DNA from: Candidatus Eiseniibacteriota bacterium
GTDB taxonomy: Bacteria; Eisenbacteria; RBG-16-71-46; JAFGJU01
DNA length: 64,000 nt
Assembly (NCBI GenBank): GCA_020349905.1
Contig: CP070702.1
Coordinates: forward strand, 975,516-1,039,515
Reading direction: 5' to 3'
Both the position numbers and the translations under genes were made by a program. This document shows, piece after piece, positions 35,797 through 44,588 of the stretch (the stretch's first letter is position 1; every line of letters begins with the position of its first letter). The notes below the pieces were generated by a model, which made no database searches, was not told the DNA's origin, and saw only the letters and a list, made by a program, of their open reading frames with translations.

Positions 35797-38441
35797 TATT
35801 CCTTCTCCTTGCACGCATAAATCTTGACTTTGGCGCACGTGTCCGAACCCTGTGTGAGCGAATCGGTGTGGGCCAGGTCGCACTCGGTGAGGTCGTCGAA
35901 GAAGACCCCCTTCCCCCTCGCGATGGGCGTTCCCCTCGCCCAGTGGCCGTGACACCCTGCGATGCACACGTGCTCGTGGTGAACTCCGTGCACCAGCCGC
36001 ACGGGGCCCTTGATACGCTTACCGACGGGGTTCTCGACCCATATCATCTGCCCGTCCTTGAGCCCCTTCTTCTTTCCAGTCTCTTCGTTTATCTGAATCA
36101 GGTAGACCCACGGGTCGGACGTGGAGATTTCGTCCAGCCACGGGTTGTTCTGCGTCGAGGACTGCGTGTGGAACGAGGGACGCCAGCAAAACGCCCACAT
36201 GTCGTACTCCGAACCCTCCATCGTGTGGGACGGGCACGGGTTCCACTGCGCCAGCGGCTTGTAGAAGTTGTAGTCCGCGATTTCGGGCATGCCGAAAGAC
36301 GACGCAACTTCCTTAAGCTGCTCGCCCGCCTCTATGAAGTACTCGAAGTAAATCGGGACCCTCACCGGCACGAACCATCTCCAGTAGAGCTCCTCCACCT
36401 TGTTGGGCCATTTGACGAGTCCCGTCTTCTTGAGCGCCTCCAGGCCGTTGCTGTCCCCCAGCCGGTCCTTGAGCACCCGGTCGCAGACGTCCTGCCAGGA
36501 GTACTGTTTCTTTGGGTCAAGCTTGTACTTCTCGCTCATGTCCCCGCCGTAGCGGATGGGGATGACCTTGTTGATTGCGTCGTAGTACTTCTCCTCGATT
36601 CCGAGCTTCTTGGCTATCTCGAGCATCACTTCGTTGAAATCCCTGCGCTCGTAGAGCGGCTCCACCACCGGCTGGCGTATCTGCCACACCCAGTGGTCTA
36701 TGCCCGTCGGATGACAGAACGTTGACGGGAAGGTGACGCAGGGCGTGTATCTTTCGAGGAAGCAGGAGTCCGGAAGCACGATGTCGGCCACTGCCTCCGT
36801 GAACTCGTTGTTGTAGATGTTGAAGGAGAAGATGAACTCGAACTTCTTGAGGAAGTTCTCCGTTACTTCCTGGGCGTTACCCATGGTCATGACCGAGTTG
36901 GAGCCGAAATTCACCATGAAAGTGGGCCGGTAATCTATCTTGAAAGTCTCTAAGTACTTCTCCCAATCGGGCGAACATATGGTGAAGGCGTTATAGACCG
37001 AGCAGGGAAACATGTCCTGAAGGTCTAGCCGCGTCGGCGGAGCGGGCTTTCTTAAGGGATAGGGCTTGTGGTCGTAAACCCATCCTTTCACCACCATGAG
37101 GCCGTCTTCGCAGGCGTAGGGAACCGTGTCGGGTTTTCCGGTCTCGGGAAGACCGTGGCACACCGGAGAGCCGTGTCCCATGGCTCCTCCGGGCACGTCG
37201 GCAGCGCCCACCACGTGATTGAGCAGGTCGATGCAGAGGCAGGTCCAGCCGGAGTTCACGTGTCCCTGGCTTCCCCGGAAGAATATGGCGGCCGAGGGCC
37301 GCAACGGGAGCTTCTTTCCGTCGAGCGTGATGGTGCTTCCAATCTGGGCGTGCTCGCCGAACTCCTTGGCCACGCGACGGATTGTGCTCACCGGCACCGA
37401 CGTTATCTTCGACACCTTGTCGAGAGGATACTTGTTTCTGATGTGTTCCTTAAAAAGCTGAAACGCCGGGGTGCACGTGAAACCCTCCACAGTATACTTG
37501 CCTTCGAGGGCGTAGTCTTTGATGGTGGGGTCGTCGAAGGTCTTGGCCTTATTGTCGACGAAGTCCCAGATGAAAGGCTTGTTCGTCTTTTCGTCTCTCA
37601 TGTAGTGGCCGTCGGGCTGAATCAGGTAGCCGGCGTTTGTCTTTAGCTTCAAGTACTCGGCGTCGTAGAGGTCCAGCTCGTTTAGGAGAACGTTGATGAG
37701 TCCCAACGCGAGAGCTCCGTCCGTTCCCACGCGTATGGGAATCCATTCGTGTCCTTTGGCTGCCTGCGTGGAGAGATACGGGTCAAAGACCACGGCCTTC
37801 ATGCCCCGGGCACGCGCGTCGGCCACCTGCTGAGCGGTCTGGAGGGCGGCGTGTCCGGCACCGTGTCCCTTCGAGCACCCAAAGTAGAGTGTGTAGTTGT
37901 TGTAGTTGAAGTCCGGGATGATGGACCATGCGGCGTGCATGATGCCGTTCATGAAGTGCGCGCCGTTACCGCACCAGAGTCCTCCGCCCGACACCCAGTA
38001 GTTCTTAAATCCGAATGCCCGCATGAACGCGATGACGGCGAAGCGGATTTCACTGGTCTGAACCGTCGTGGCCTGAAAGTAACCACCCCTGGGATCTATT
38101 TCCAGGTACTTCTTGAGCTTCGTCACGATGATGTCGTAGGCCTCGTCCCATGAAATCCTCTCCCACTTGGGATCCACCCCCACTCCCTTCTCCGGGTTGG
38201 TCCGCTTGAGCGGGTAGTTTATCCTGTGCGGGTCGTAGAGGGTCATGAGCTGGGCCGAGCCTTTCGCGCATATCTTGCCACTTCCCGCCGGGCTGTCCGG
38301 GTTACCTTCTATCTCCACTATGACCCCGTCCACCCGGTGGCAACGGATGCCGCACTGCGCGTAGCATCCGCCACAGGAAGTGGGAATCCACACGTCTTCC
38401 TTTACTCCAGTCTGTGGTTTGGTTGCGGTCTGCGCTTCCAT
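35796..38441 (-). CDS. Molybdopterin (bis-MGD) oxidoreductase catalytic subunit, Psr/Phs/Ttr/DMSO-reductase family. It has an N-terminal FS0 Cys motif and no twin-arginine signal.
   Basis: Length 882 aa. The N-terminus reads CGGCYAQCGIRC...C, and MopB-family regions run throughout. The proposed start ATG 38441 (MEAQTATKP) is preceded by GAGGTGA. There is no RR motif, which implies cytoplasmic localisation. Confidence 0.85.
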   Translation of the reverse strand: MEAQTATKPQTGVKEDVWIPTSCGGCYAQCGIRCHRVDGVIVEIEGNPDSPAGSGKICAKGSAQLMTLYDPHRINYPLKRTNPEKGVGVDPKWERISWDEAYDIIVTKLKKYLEIDPRGGYFQATTVQTSEIRFAVIAFMRAFGFKNYWVSGGGLWCGNGAHFMNGIMHAAWSIIPDFNYNNYTLYFGCSKGHGAGHAALQTAQQVADARARGMKAVVFDPYLSTQAAKGHEWIPIRVGTDGALALGLINVLLNELDLYDAEYLKLKTNAGYLIQPDGHYMRDEKTNKPFIWDFVDNKAKTFDDPTIKDYALEGKYTVEGFTCTPAFQLFKEHIRNKYPLDKVSKITSVPVSTIRRVAKEFGEHAQIGSTITLDGKKLPLRPSAAIFFRGSQGHVNSGWTCLCIDLLNHVVGAADVPGGAMGHGSPVCHGLPETGKPDTVPYACEDGLMVVKGWVYDHKPYPLRKPAPPTRLDLQDMFPCSVYNAFTICSPDWEKYLETFKIDYRPTFMVNFGSNSVMTMGNAQEVTENFLKKFEFIFSFNIYNNEFTEAVADIVLPDSCFLERYTPCVTFPSTFCHPTGIDHWVWQIRQPVVEPLYERRDFNEVMLEIAKKLGIEEKYYDAINKVIPIRYGGDMSEKYKLDPKKQYSWQDVCDRVLKDRLGDSNGLEALKKTGLVKWPNKVEELYWRWFVPVRVPIYFEYFIEAGEQLKEVASSFGMPEIADYNFYKPLAQWNPCPSHTMEGSEYDMWAFCWRPSFHTQSSTQNNPWLDEISTSDPWVYLIQINEETGKKKGLKDGQMIWVENPVGKRIKGPVRLVHGVHHEHVCIAGCHGHWARGTPIARGKGVFFDDLTECDLAHTDSLTQGSDTCAKVKIYACKEKE

Positions 38442-38655
38442 TATCACCTCGCCTTTTACCAGAAGCTCCATCCAGTCTGCCGCCGGTGCCTAGAGGGGTG
38501 AGACAGCGAGAGATTCGGGTCACCCGGTCACTACCCTCGAGGTTCCTGCTCCTTACGGGGCCGGATCCGGTACGGCGCCAGACTACAGAAACGTCGTGTC
38601 AAACAAGCGGTGAATCTCCAGTAACTTATTAACTTAAAACATCCTAAGCCATTTG

Positions 38656-39450
38656 TCAAGAGGAGATTCGGGCAGGGTGCGAGTAGACGTTCATCCTCTT
38701 TCCCCGCACAAAGCCCGCTAGCGTTATCCCGAATCGGCGGGCTCTCTCGATGGCCAGACTCGTCGGCGCGGCGCGGGACACCAGCACCAGAATCCCACCC
38801 TGGAGCGCTTTCTGCACTATCTCCGAGCTGAGACGCCCCGAGCAGAGAAGCATCTTGTCGCTGGTCCGGATTTTCTCCACGAAGCATCGGCCCAGTATCT
38901 TATCAACCGCGTTGTGCCGGCCTATGTCTTCGAACGTGAAGAGGACCTTCGAGCCGTCGGAGAGGGCTGCCACGTGCGTCCCGCCGGTAAGGCGAAACAT
39001 CTCCGAGCTGGCCAGAAACTCGCGCATGAGTGCCAGGATGCGTGGCTTGGAGAAGATGGTCGTGTAGTCGATGAGAAGGTCCTTGGCGGGGTCGATGTCC
39101 TCTTCTTTACGAAACGTGAGTCCTCCACCGCAGCCGGATGTGAGTATCCTGGTTAGCGCGCGCTTTTCTTTCGGACGTCCCCTTTTTGTTCTGATGGACA
39201 CGCCGCCTTTTTGCTTTCTGACGGAGCGGACCTCCTCCGGTCTTCCGAGCAAACCCTCGGAGAGAAGAAAACCCAGAGCCAGATACTTCTCCCCTCCCGG
39301 AGAGCACGAGAGCACTGCGACCTCTTCCCCATCCAGGGAGACGGAAAGGCGCATCTCCACCGCCACGGCGTCCTTCACCGTAAGGGTCTCGCCGTCCTTG
39401 TCGCGCAGGATGTCAAAGTGTTTAAGAAGAGGCTCGTCGGATTCCATCAC
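38656..39450 (-). CDS. fdhD: FdhD-family sulfurtransferase (accessory to formate dehydrogenase and other bis-MGD enzymes).
   Basis: FdhD signatures: the central Cys loop ILTSGCGGGLT and RHNAVDK. Confidence 0.85.
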   Translation of the reverse strand: MMESDEPLLKHFDILRDKDGETLTVKDAVAVEMRLSVSLDGEEVAVLSCSPGGEKYLALGFLLSEGLLGRPEEVRSVRKQKGGVSIRTKRGRPKEKRALTRILTSGCGGGLTFRKEEDIDPAKDLLIDYTTIFSKPRILALMREFLASSEMFRLTGGTHVAALSDGSKVLFTFEDIGRHNAVDKILGRCFVEKIRTSDKMLLCSGRLSSEIVQKALQGGILVLVSRAAPTSLAIERARRFGITLAGFVRGKRMNVYSHPARISS

Positions 39451-39875
39451 TCAAATATCACCGCAATACCGCTCGCGGTCTTCTTGACCACCGTTCGTGG
39501 TCTCGATACTACCACGTGCCTTCTCCACGGGCCAGCCCCGACTACCGCGTGATGCCTCTGCACGTAGAGGTCCCTGTCTATGTCGTACTCGATGAGCATC
39601 ACACCGTCGGCGCCGATCTCGCGAGCCTTATGGATAATTAACGCATCAAGCTCGGGCCGCCGCGCCTGCCTTCCCAGCTCTACCTGAATGACACCTATCA
39701 CGCGATGCGGCCGCGCGATTTTGCCCTGGCGGAAGACGATTTCTGTCCCGGCCGGCTTAGGTTTGGGGACGTAGGAATCGTCCGTCTTGATGAAGCGAAC
39801 GTTCGAGGAGCATCCGCAGAGAAGGAGCGCCGGAAAGAATAGAGTCAGAAAGAACAGGATCACCGCCTTTTTCAT
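39447..39875 (-). CDS. Lipoprotein of unknown function.
   Basis: Signal peptide plus lipobox LLLCGCSS. It overlaps the fdhD start by 4 nt. Confidence 0.55.
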   Translation of the reverse strand: MKKAVILFFLTLFFPALLLCGCSSNVRFIKTDDSYVPKPKPAGTEIVFRQGKIARPHRVIGVIQVELGRQARRPELDALIIHKAREIGADGVMLIEYDIDRDLYVQRHHAVVGAGPWRRHVVVSRPRTVVKKTASGIAVIFE

Positions 39876-39986
39876 GGTACCTCCTGGTTATGCTGCCTCC
39901 TGGGTACGTTGCCCGCTGGCTATGTTGCCCTCTCTGTCTTGGGCCACTGTCATTTCCTCATGGAGGCCGGCCGAACGAGAACTCAC

Positions 39987-40859
39987 CTATTCGTATTCCC
40001 GAAGGATCGGCCTCGTCAAGCACGTGGGACCGCCCTCTGCTTTCAGAGATATTTCGTTTCCCTCGTATGTAGTGACCTCACACCCGGCCGCCTCCAACCG
40101 TTCCAGAGTGCCTGGGTTTCCTTCCAGCATAACGCACTTTCCAGGCGCCAGGGCCAGCACGTTGGGCCCCATAGTGGGAAACTCCTCATCGGGCACGTGG
40201 ACGAATCGGAATCCCCGGCCCTCGAGATACTGCCAGAACGTGGCCGAGAGCAAGGGAGGATAGATGAGAGCAAGATCGTGGTCCACGATGCTCACCAGAG
40301 AGAGCAGGTGCAGGCAACACCTGGGTCCCTTGTGATACGGAAGCTCCACCGGCACAAGCGTAACGCCCAGCGGAGAGAGCGCCTCTGAGAGCTGGCGGAA
40401 TCCCTCAAGATTGGTGCGAAATCCCAGACCGACTGCAAGAGTGTCGTGGTCTATCCACAACAGGTCCCCGCCTTCAGCCACAGCGTCTCCGTGAAGTGAA
40501 TAGAGAACGGGTAGACCCAGCTCCTTCAGAGCGTTCCCCATTGCAGCTTCTTCCCCCCTGCGCATGGACTTCCCCATTCTGAGTACTACGGTACCTACGT
40601 CGGTCACCAGGACCGGGTCAAAGACGTACATTGCATCCGCGAGCCCGGGCAGCCCTGCGTTGTGATAGATGACCTCCACCCCGGCCTTCCGCAGGATGTC
40701 CGCGAGAGCATCGTGCTCTCGCTGCGCCTCCGCCAGAACGGGCCTGCTCGTGTAATGCCACTCGTCGGGGTCGGCTGCGGAGAAACTCTCGTCCGGACGC
40801 CTCACCAACACCCTGCGCAACGGGGCGACCATGCTCTGTGCACCGTATTTTCGTTCCAT
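39987..40859 (-). CDS. Amidinotransferase-superfamily enzyme (dimethylarginine dimethylaminohydrolase / arginine-deiminase-like).
   Basis: Internal ATG 40859 (MERKYGAQSMVAPLRRVLVRRP...). The C-terminal catalytic Cys is in GGPTCLTRPI. Confidence 0.7.
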   Translation of the reverse strand: MERKYGAQSMVAPLRRVLVRRPDESFSAADPDEWHYTSRPVLAEAQREHDALADILRKAGVEVIYHNAGLPGLADAMYVFDPVLVTDVGTVVLRMGKSMRRGEEAAMGNALKELGLPVLYSLHGDAVAEGGDLLWIDHDTLAVGLGFRTNLEGFRQLSEALSPLGVTLVPVELPYHKGPRCCLHLLSLVSIVDHDLALIYPPLLSATFWQYLEGRGFRFVHVPDEEFPTMGPNVLALAPGKCVMLEGNPGTLERLEAAGCEVTTYEGNEISLKAEGGPTCLTRPILREYE

Positions 40860-40960
40860 ACGTCTATATGAGGACTCCAGTCTGCCAGTCTTCCGATTGT
40901 TGAGCGATTCCTCGTACCGGTATGCTCGCCGCAGTAGGATTACCTCGGTCCCCGCCGCAG

Positions 40961-41158
40961 CTAGCTGGCCTCGCCTCTGAGTCGTCTGAACAGTCCTACC
41001 AGGTAGATGACTATGATGATGAGAGCCGCCAGTCCTCCGAAGCTCTGTCCTGTGGCAGGATCCATCTTGAAGGGCCATATCACGCACACGGCGTACACGA
41101 GCCCTCCTCAAAGCGCCCCACCGACCAGGGTCCACAGTGCTCTGAGTACCTCGCGCAT
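40961..41158 (-). pseudogene. Small membrane protein ORF (65 codons) interrupted by an in-frame TGA at 41108-41110, where Trp (TGG) is likely.
   Basis: Read directly: AGGAGG, a 7-nt spacer, then ATG 41158. The translation is MREVLRALWTLVGGAL*GGLVYAVCVIWPFKMDPATGQSFGGLAALIIIVIYLVGLFRRLRGEAS*. The sequence stays hydrophobic across the stop. Confidence 0.3.
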
Positions 41159-41278
41159 CAATTCACCTCCTCAGGTTTCAGGTTTGCGCCGGCCTCCGGC
41201 GCGCATAGCGCGCTAACAGACACTCTGCCGGAACTAACGATGTCCCACCTTTCGCGCAGGGCGAACGCGAGGGACCGC

Positions 41279-42298
41279 TCATGGCTTCTGCGTCATCCTC
41301 TTCACGACCGTCTCGATGAGTTTCTCGTCGTCCGGGAGAAGACCCGAAGCTGGAAGCCGCCGGACAACCTCGGCCCAGCGGGAATCCTGAGCGTACGCTC
41401 TCCACAGAAACGGTATCGCCTCGTCCACACGTCCCGCACCCACGAGCGTGACGCCCACCCAGAACGGTGCCTCTCCGTTCGTGGCCTCGTCGGGCACGAT
41501 GCTCGTGGCCCTCATGTAGGCATCCATTGCCTTAGAGGCGTCCTCCTTTGCCATCCATTCGTCGCCTTCGTTGAGCTTCAGATAAGCCCGCTGAAGCTCG
41601 ACCAGCCTGCGCAGCTCTTTGACCGGCTCCGGGTGGTCCTCCACGCGAAGGTCAAACTTCCTGTCCACCCAGGGTCTTCCCGTTCCTTCGGCAGAGACTA
41701 TGAGCAGCGCGGCCGACTGCCGGCCACGGATGTCACCGCCTTCCTTCTCTGCTGCCTCCAGCGCTGCAAGGAGGCGTTCAGCGAGGTCCCCCTCCGCGGT
41801 CTCATACGCCTTAGCCATGGCATCCCAGACAGTGGTCCTCTCCATGAGATTGGCCTGAACTGAGTATTGGTTCCCAACGCGATGGCCGGCCGCGTGTATA
41901 GCGCGGCTTCCGGTATGGGCCGCCACGTTGCCGGCCGCATCCACCATCGCCACCTGGCGCACCGCTTCGCCGGAGTCTGTGGACACGAGCGCACTCAGGG
42001 CCTCTGGCGCAGTCCTGCCCAAACGCATGAGCTCGAGTCCGAGCGGCCCGTAGGCCGGCTCCACCAGCGACTGAGTGGCAACGGCACCGACTCCCGGCTC
42101 CGCCCACGGCACGATGGGCCCGACCGAGAACCAGTGGGATTGAACCGCGACTCCCATCTCGCCCGTGAGCGAATCGCGAGCCACGATGGAATACGTGGCC
42201 ACGGGTCTGACCGGCAGCTCTGTCCCGGCAAAGAGAGACGAGACCGGAAGAAGCAAGACGACGGGCAGAACAGCAAGAGGCACAACCCATCTTTTCAT
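41279..42298 (-). CDS. Secreted DUF1028-family (Ntn-hydrolase fold) protein with a C-terminal helical-repeat region.
   Basis: The internal ATG (MKRWVVPLAVLPVVLLLPVSSLFA) gives a signal peptide. The DUF1028 signature reads TYSIVARDSLTGEMGVAVQSHWFSVGPIVPWAEPGVGAVATQS. Confidence 0.7.
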   Translation of the reverse strand: MKRWVVPLAVLPVVLLLPVSSLFAGTELPVRPVATYSIVARDSLTGEMGVAVQSHWFSVGPIVPWAEPGVGAVATQSLVEPAYGPLGLELMRLGRTAPEALSALVSTDSGEAVRQVAMVDAAGNVAAHTGSRAIHAAGHRVGNQYSVQANLMERTTVWDAMAKAYETAEGDLAERLLAALEAAEKEGGDIRGRQSAALLIVSAEGTGRPWVDRKFDLRVEDHPEPVKELRRLVELQRAYLKLNEGDEWMAKEDASKAMDAYMRATSIVPDEATNGEAPFWVGVTLVGAGRVDEAIPFLWRAYAQDSRWAEVVRRLPASGLLPDDEKLIETVVKRMTQKP

Positions 42299-42412
42299 CG
42301 AATACCTCCTGAGGTTAGTGTGGCTCGGCTTGAAGTTGTCAGCGCCACGGTGTTCGTGGCCGGTACCATGCGTATGTCTTGCGCAGCACACGCCCCTACA
42401 GACGGGAGCGCC

Positions 42413-43309
42413 CTACGCGTGAAACGGGGCCGCCTGTCTTACCCTCCTTCTTCTCGCCGTTGCACCCTCCACCGAGTATATGACCAGAGACGCCCACACA
42501 ATGGCAAAACCTGTGGCGCGCACACTCGTCAACTCTTCGCCGTAAAGCAGCACGCCCAGAAGGAAGTGAGACGTCGGGGCGATGTACTGCAGAAGTCCCA
42601 GGTTCGTGAGAGTGATTCGCTTGGCCGCGGACCCGAAGAGCAGCAGCGGGAGAGCCGTCGTGACGCCGCTAAAGGCCAGGAGAACGTTCATGCTCAGTCC
42701 CGCGTGCCCGAAAGCCGCCACACCTTCGTATTCGAGGAATGAGAGATAGACGAGGGCCGGGAGAAACATTATCACCATCTCGAAGGAAAGCCCTTCTAGC
42801 GAGCTCAGCGCCGCGGTCTTGCGAAACAGACCGTACAGCCCGAAGGAGAAGGCCAGGGTGAGGGCTCTCCAGGGAAACGAGCCGTAGCCAAACGTTAGGT
42901 AGAGTACTCCGATTGTGGCGATTGCGATGGCGACCCATTGCCAGGGTCGGGGCCGTTCTCTCAAGAACATCACGCCCAGGAGCACGCTCACGAGCGGGTT
43001 TATGAAATATCCCAGGCTGGCTTCGACAACGTAGCCGGAATTGACCGACCAGATGAAGGTGAGCCAGTTCACGGAAAGCAGACACGCGCTGACCACGGAA
43101 GTGAGAACCGTGCGCCGGCTCTTCAGCCTGGAAAGAAGCTGGCTCCAGCCGTCACGATACGTGAGGACTATGAGCAGAAACAACAGCGACCATATCATCC
43201 GATGGCACAGTATCTCGGACGACGGAACGCTCTGGAGAGCCTTCCAGTAAATGGGAAAAAGACCCCATAGAGCATATGCAGCGATCCCGAAGAGGATTCC
43301 CTTGCTCAT
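42413..43309 (-). CDS. rarD: EamA/DMT-family transporter, RarD-like.
   Basis: The N-terminus GILFGIAAYALWGLFPIYWK is typical of RarD. Ten TM segments. Confidence 0.8.
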   Translation of the reverse strand: MSKGILFGIAAYALWGLFPIYWKALQSVPSSEILCHRMIWSLLFLLIVLTYRDGWSQLLSRLKSRRTVLTSVVSACLLSVNWLTFIWSVNSGYVVEASLGYFINPLVSVLLGVMFLRERPRPWQWVAIAIATIGVLYLTFGYGSFPWRALTLAFSFGLYGLFRKTAALSSLEGLSFEMVIMFLPALVYLSFLEYEGVAAFGHAGLSMNVLLAFSGVTTALPLLLFGSAAKRITLTNLGLLQYIAPTSHFLLGVLLYGEELTSVRATGFAIVWASLVIYSVEGATARRRRVRQAAPFHA

Positions 43310-43412
43310 ATGCTGGCGCTGTTCTTTCGAAGCGAGAAATCAGTCGCGGCTTGCGGCGGTGCATGCCGTATGCCTATCTCCGCTCGGCGCATGCGCTGAC
43401 CGGCCCCGCAGC

Positions 43413-44084
43413 CTATCCTGACGTCTGTGCCTCCGCCGCCTTCTTCAGTTTCTCGTTCGCGTAGATGGCCACTTCGACGCGACGGTTCTGAGCGCGGCCT
43501 TCAACTGTCTCGTTGTCAGCAATGGGCTGCGCTTCGCCGTATCCCATTATGGTGAACCGGCCCGGATTCACCCCAAGCCCCGTGAGATAGTTCGCAACAG
43601 ACTGCGCGCGCAACCTGGACAGCTCCAGATTGTACTCGTCCGTTCCAGTGGCGTCAGTGTGCCCTTCGAGCAGGATGTTGGTGTCTTCGTACTTGCTCAG
43701 AATGGCGGCCATCTTCGCCAGATTCTCCTGACTCTGGGGCTTTAGCGTGGCCTTGTTCACGTCGAACAGGATGCCGGAATCGAAGGTAATCTTGATGCCC
43801 TCCCCGACTCGCTCGATCTTTGCCCCCGCGATGTCGTCCTGCATCTCTTCTGCCTGCTCGTCCATGTAGTTGCCGATGTAGGCACCTGCCGCGCCGCCGA
43901 CCGCCGCACCCAGGATTGCACCGACGGCGGTGTTCCCGGCCTTCTTGCCGATGATACCTCCGACGACGCCCCCGGCAGTCGCGCCTATGACCGCCCCTTT
44001 CTGCTGGCGGGTCCAGGACGAGCAGCCGACGAGAGCTCCCATGACCAGAAGACTGACCAGGGACAGGACAACGAACTTCTTCAT
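43413..44084 (-). CDS. OmpA-family lipoprotein (glycine-zipper plus OmpA_C domain; YiaD/Pal-like).
   Basis: Lipobox LVGCSS, then a Gly-zipper. The OmpA_C motif reads NILLEGHTDATGTDEYNLELSRLRAQSV. Confidence 0.8.
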   Translation of the reverse strand: MKKFVVLSLVSLLVMGALVGCSSWTRQQKGAVIGATAGGVVGGIIGKKAGNTAVGAILGAAVGGAAGAYIGNYMDEQAEEMQDDIAGAKIERVGEGIKITFDSGILFDVNKATLKPQSQENLAKMAAILSKYEDTNILLEGHTDATGTDEYNLELSRLRAQSVANYLTGLGVNPGRFTIMGYGEAQPIADNETVEGRAQNRRVEVAIYANEKLKKAAEAQTSG

Positions 44085-44253
44085 GGCGTTCCTCCTGTGG
44101 TTAGGGTGAACACTCTGGGACTTAACACTTGGATAGCTGGGCAGTTGGATACCAATATACGTGGACCCCCAGTCACTGGAGACTGAGTTCCCGTTCAGCG
44201 CGGAAGATAAGGGAGATTCTTTAGGTTGGCAAGCAGTATTTGGCGGGGAGCCC

Positions 44254-44571
44254 TCATGACTTTATCATAATTAGCATCATCTTAAACGGGCTCAGGGCCT
44301 TGAGTGCGTGGGGTTTCCCCGCCGGCATGACGAGCATCTCTCCCGTCTTCACGACCACGGGGACACCCGAGATGGTTACCTCCACTTCCCCGTCCAGCAC
44401 GCACACAAGCGCGTCGAAGGGAGCCGTGTGCTCGCTCAAACCCTGCTCCTTGTCGAACGCAAACAGGGTCACGGTGCCCGTGTCTTTCTTGATGATAGTT
44501 TTACTCACCACCGACTTTTCCTGGTAGTCGACCATGTCCACGAGCGCGCTGGCTCTGAGCTCCGAATTCAT
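44254..44571 (-). CDS. Cupin-domain protein.
   Basis: Cupin_2 motif region (SEHTAPFDALVCVLDGEVEV...MPAGKPHAL). Confidence 0.65.
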   Translation of the reverse strand: MNSELRASALVDMVDYQEKSVVSKTIIKKDTGTVTLFAFDKEQGLSEHTAPFDALVCVLDGEVEVTISGVPVVVKTGEMLVMPAGKPHALKALSPFKMMLIMIKS

Positions 44572-44588
44572 TCTGACCTCCCTTTCCG

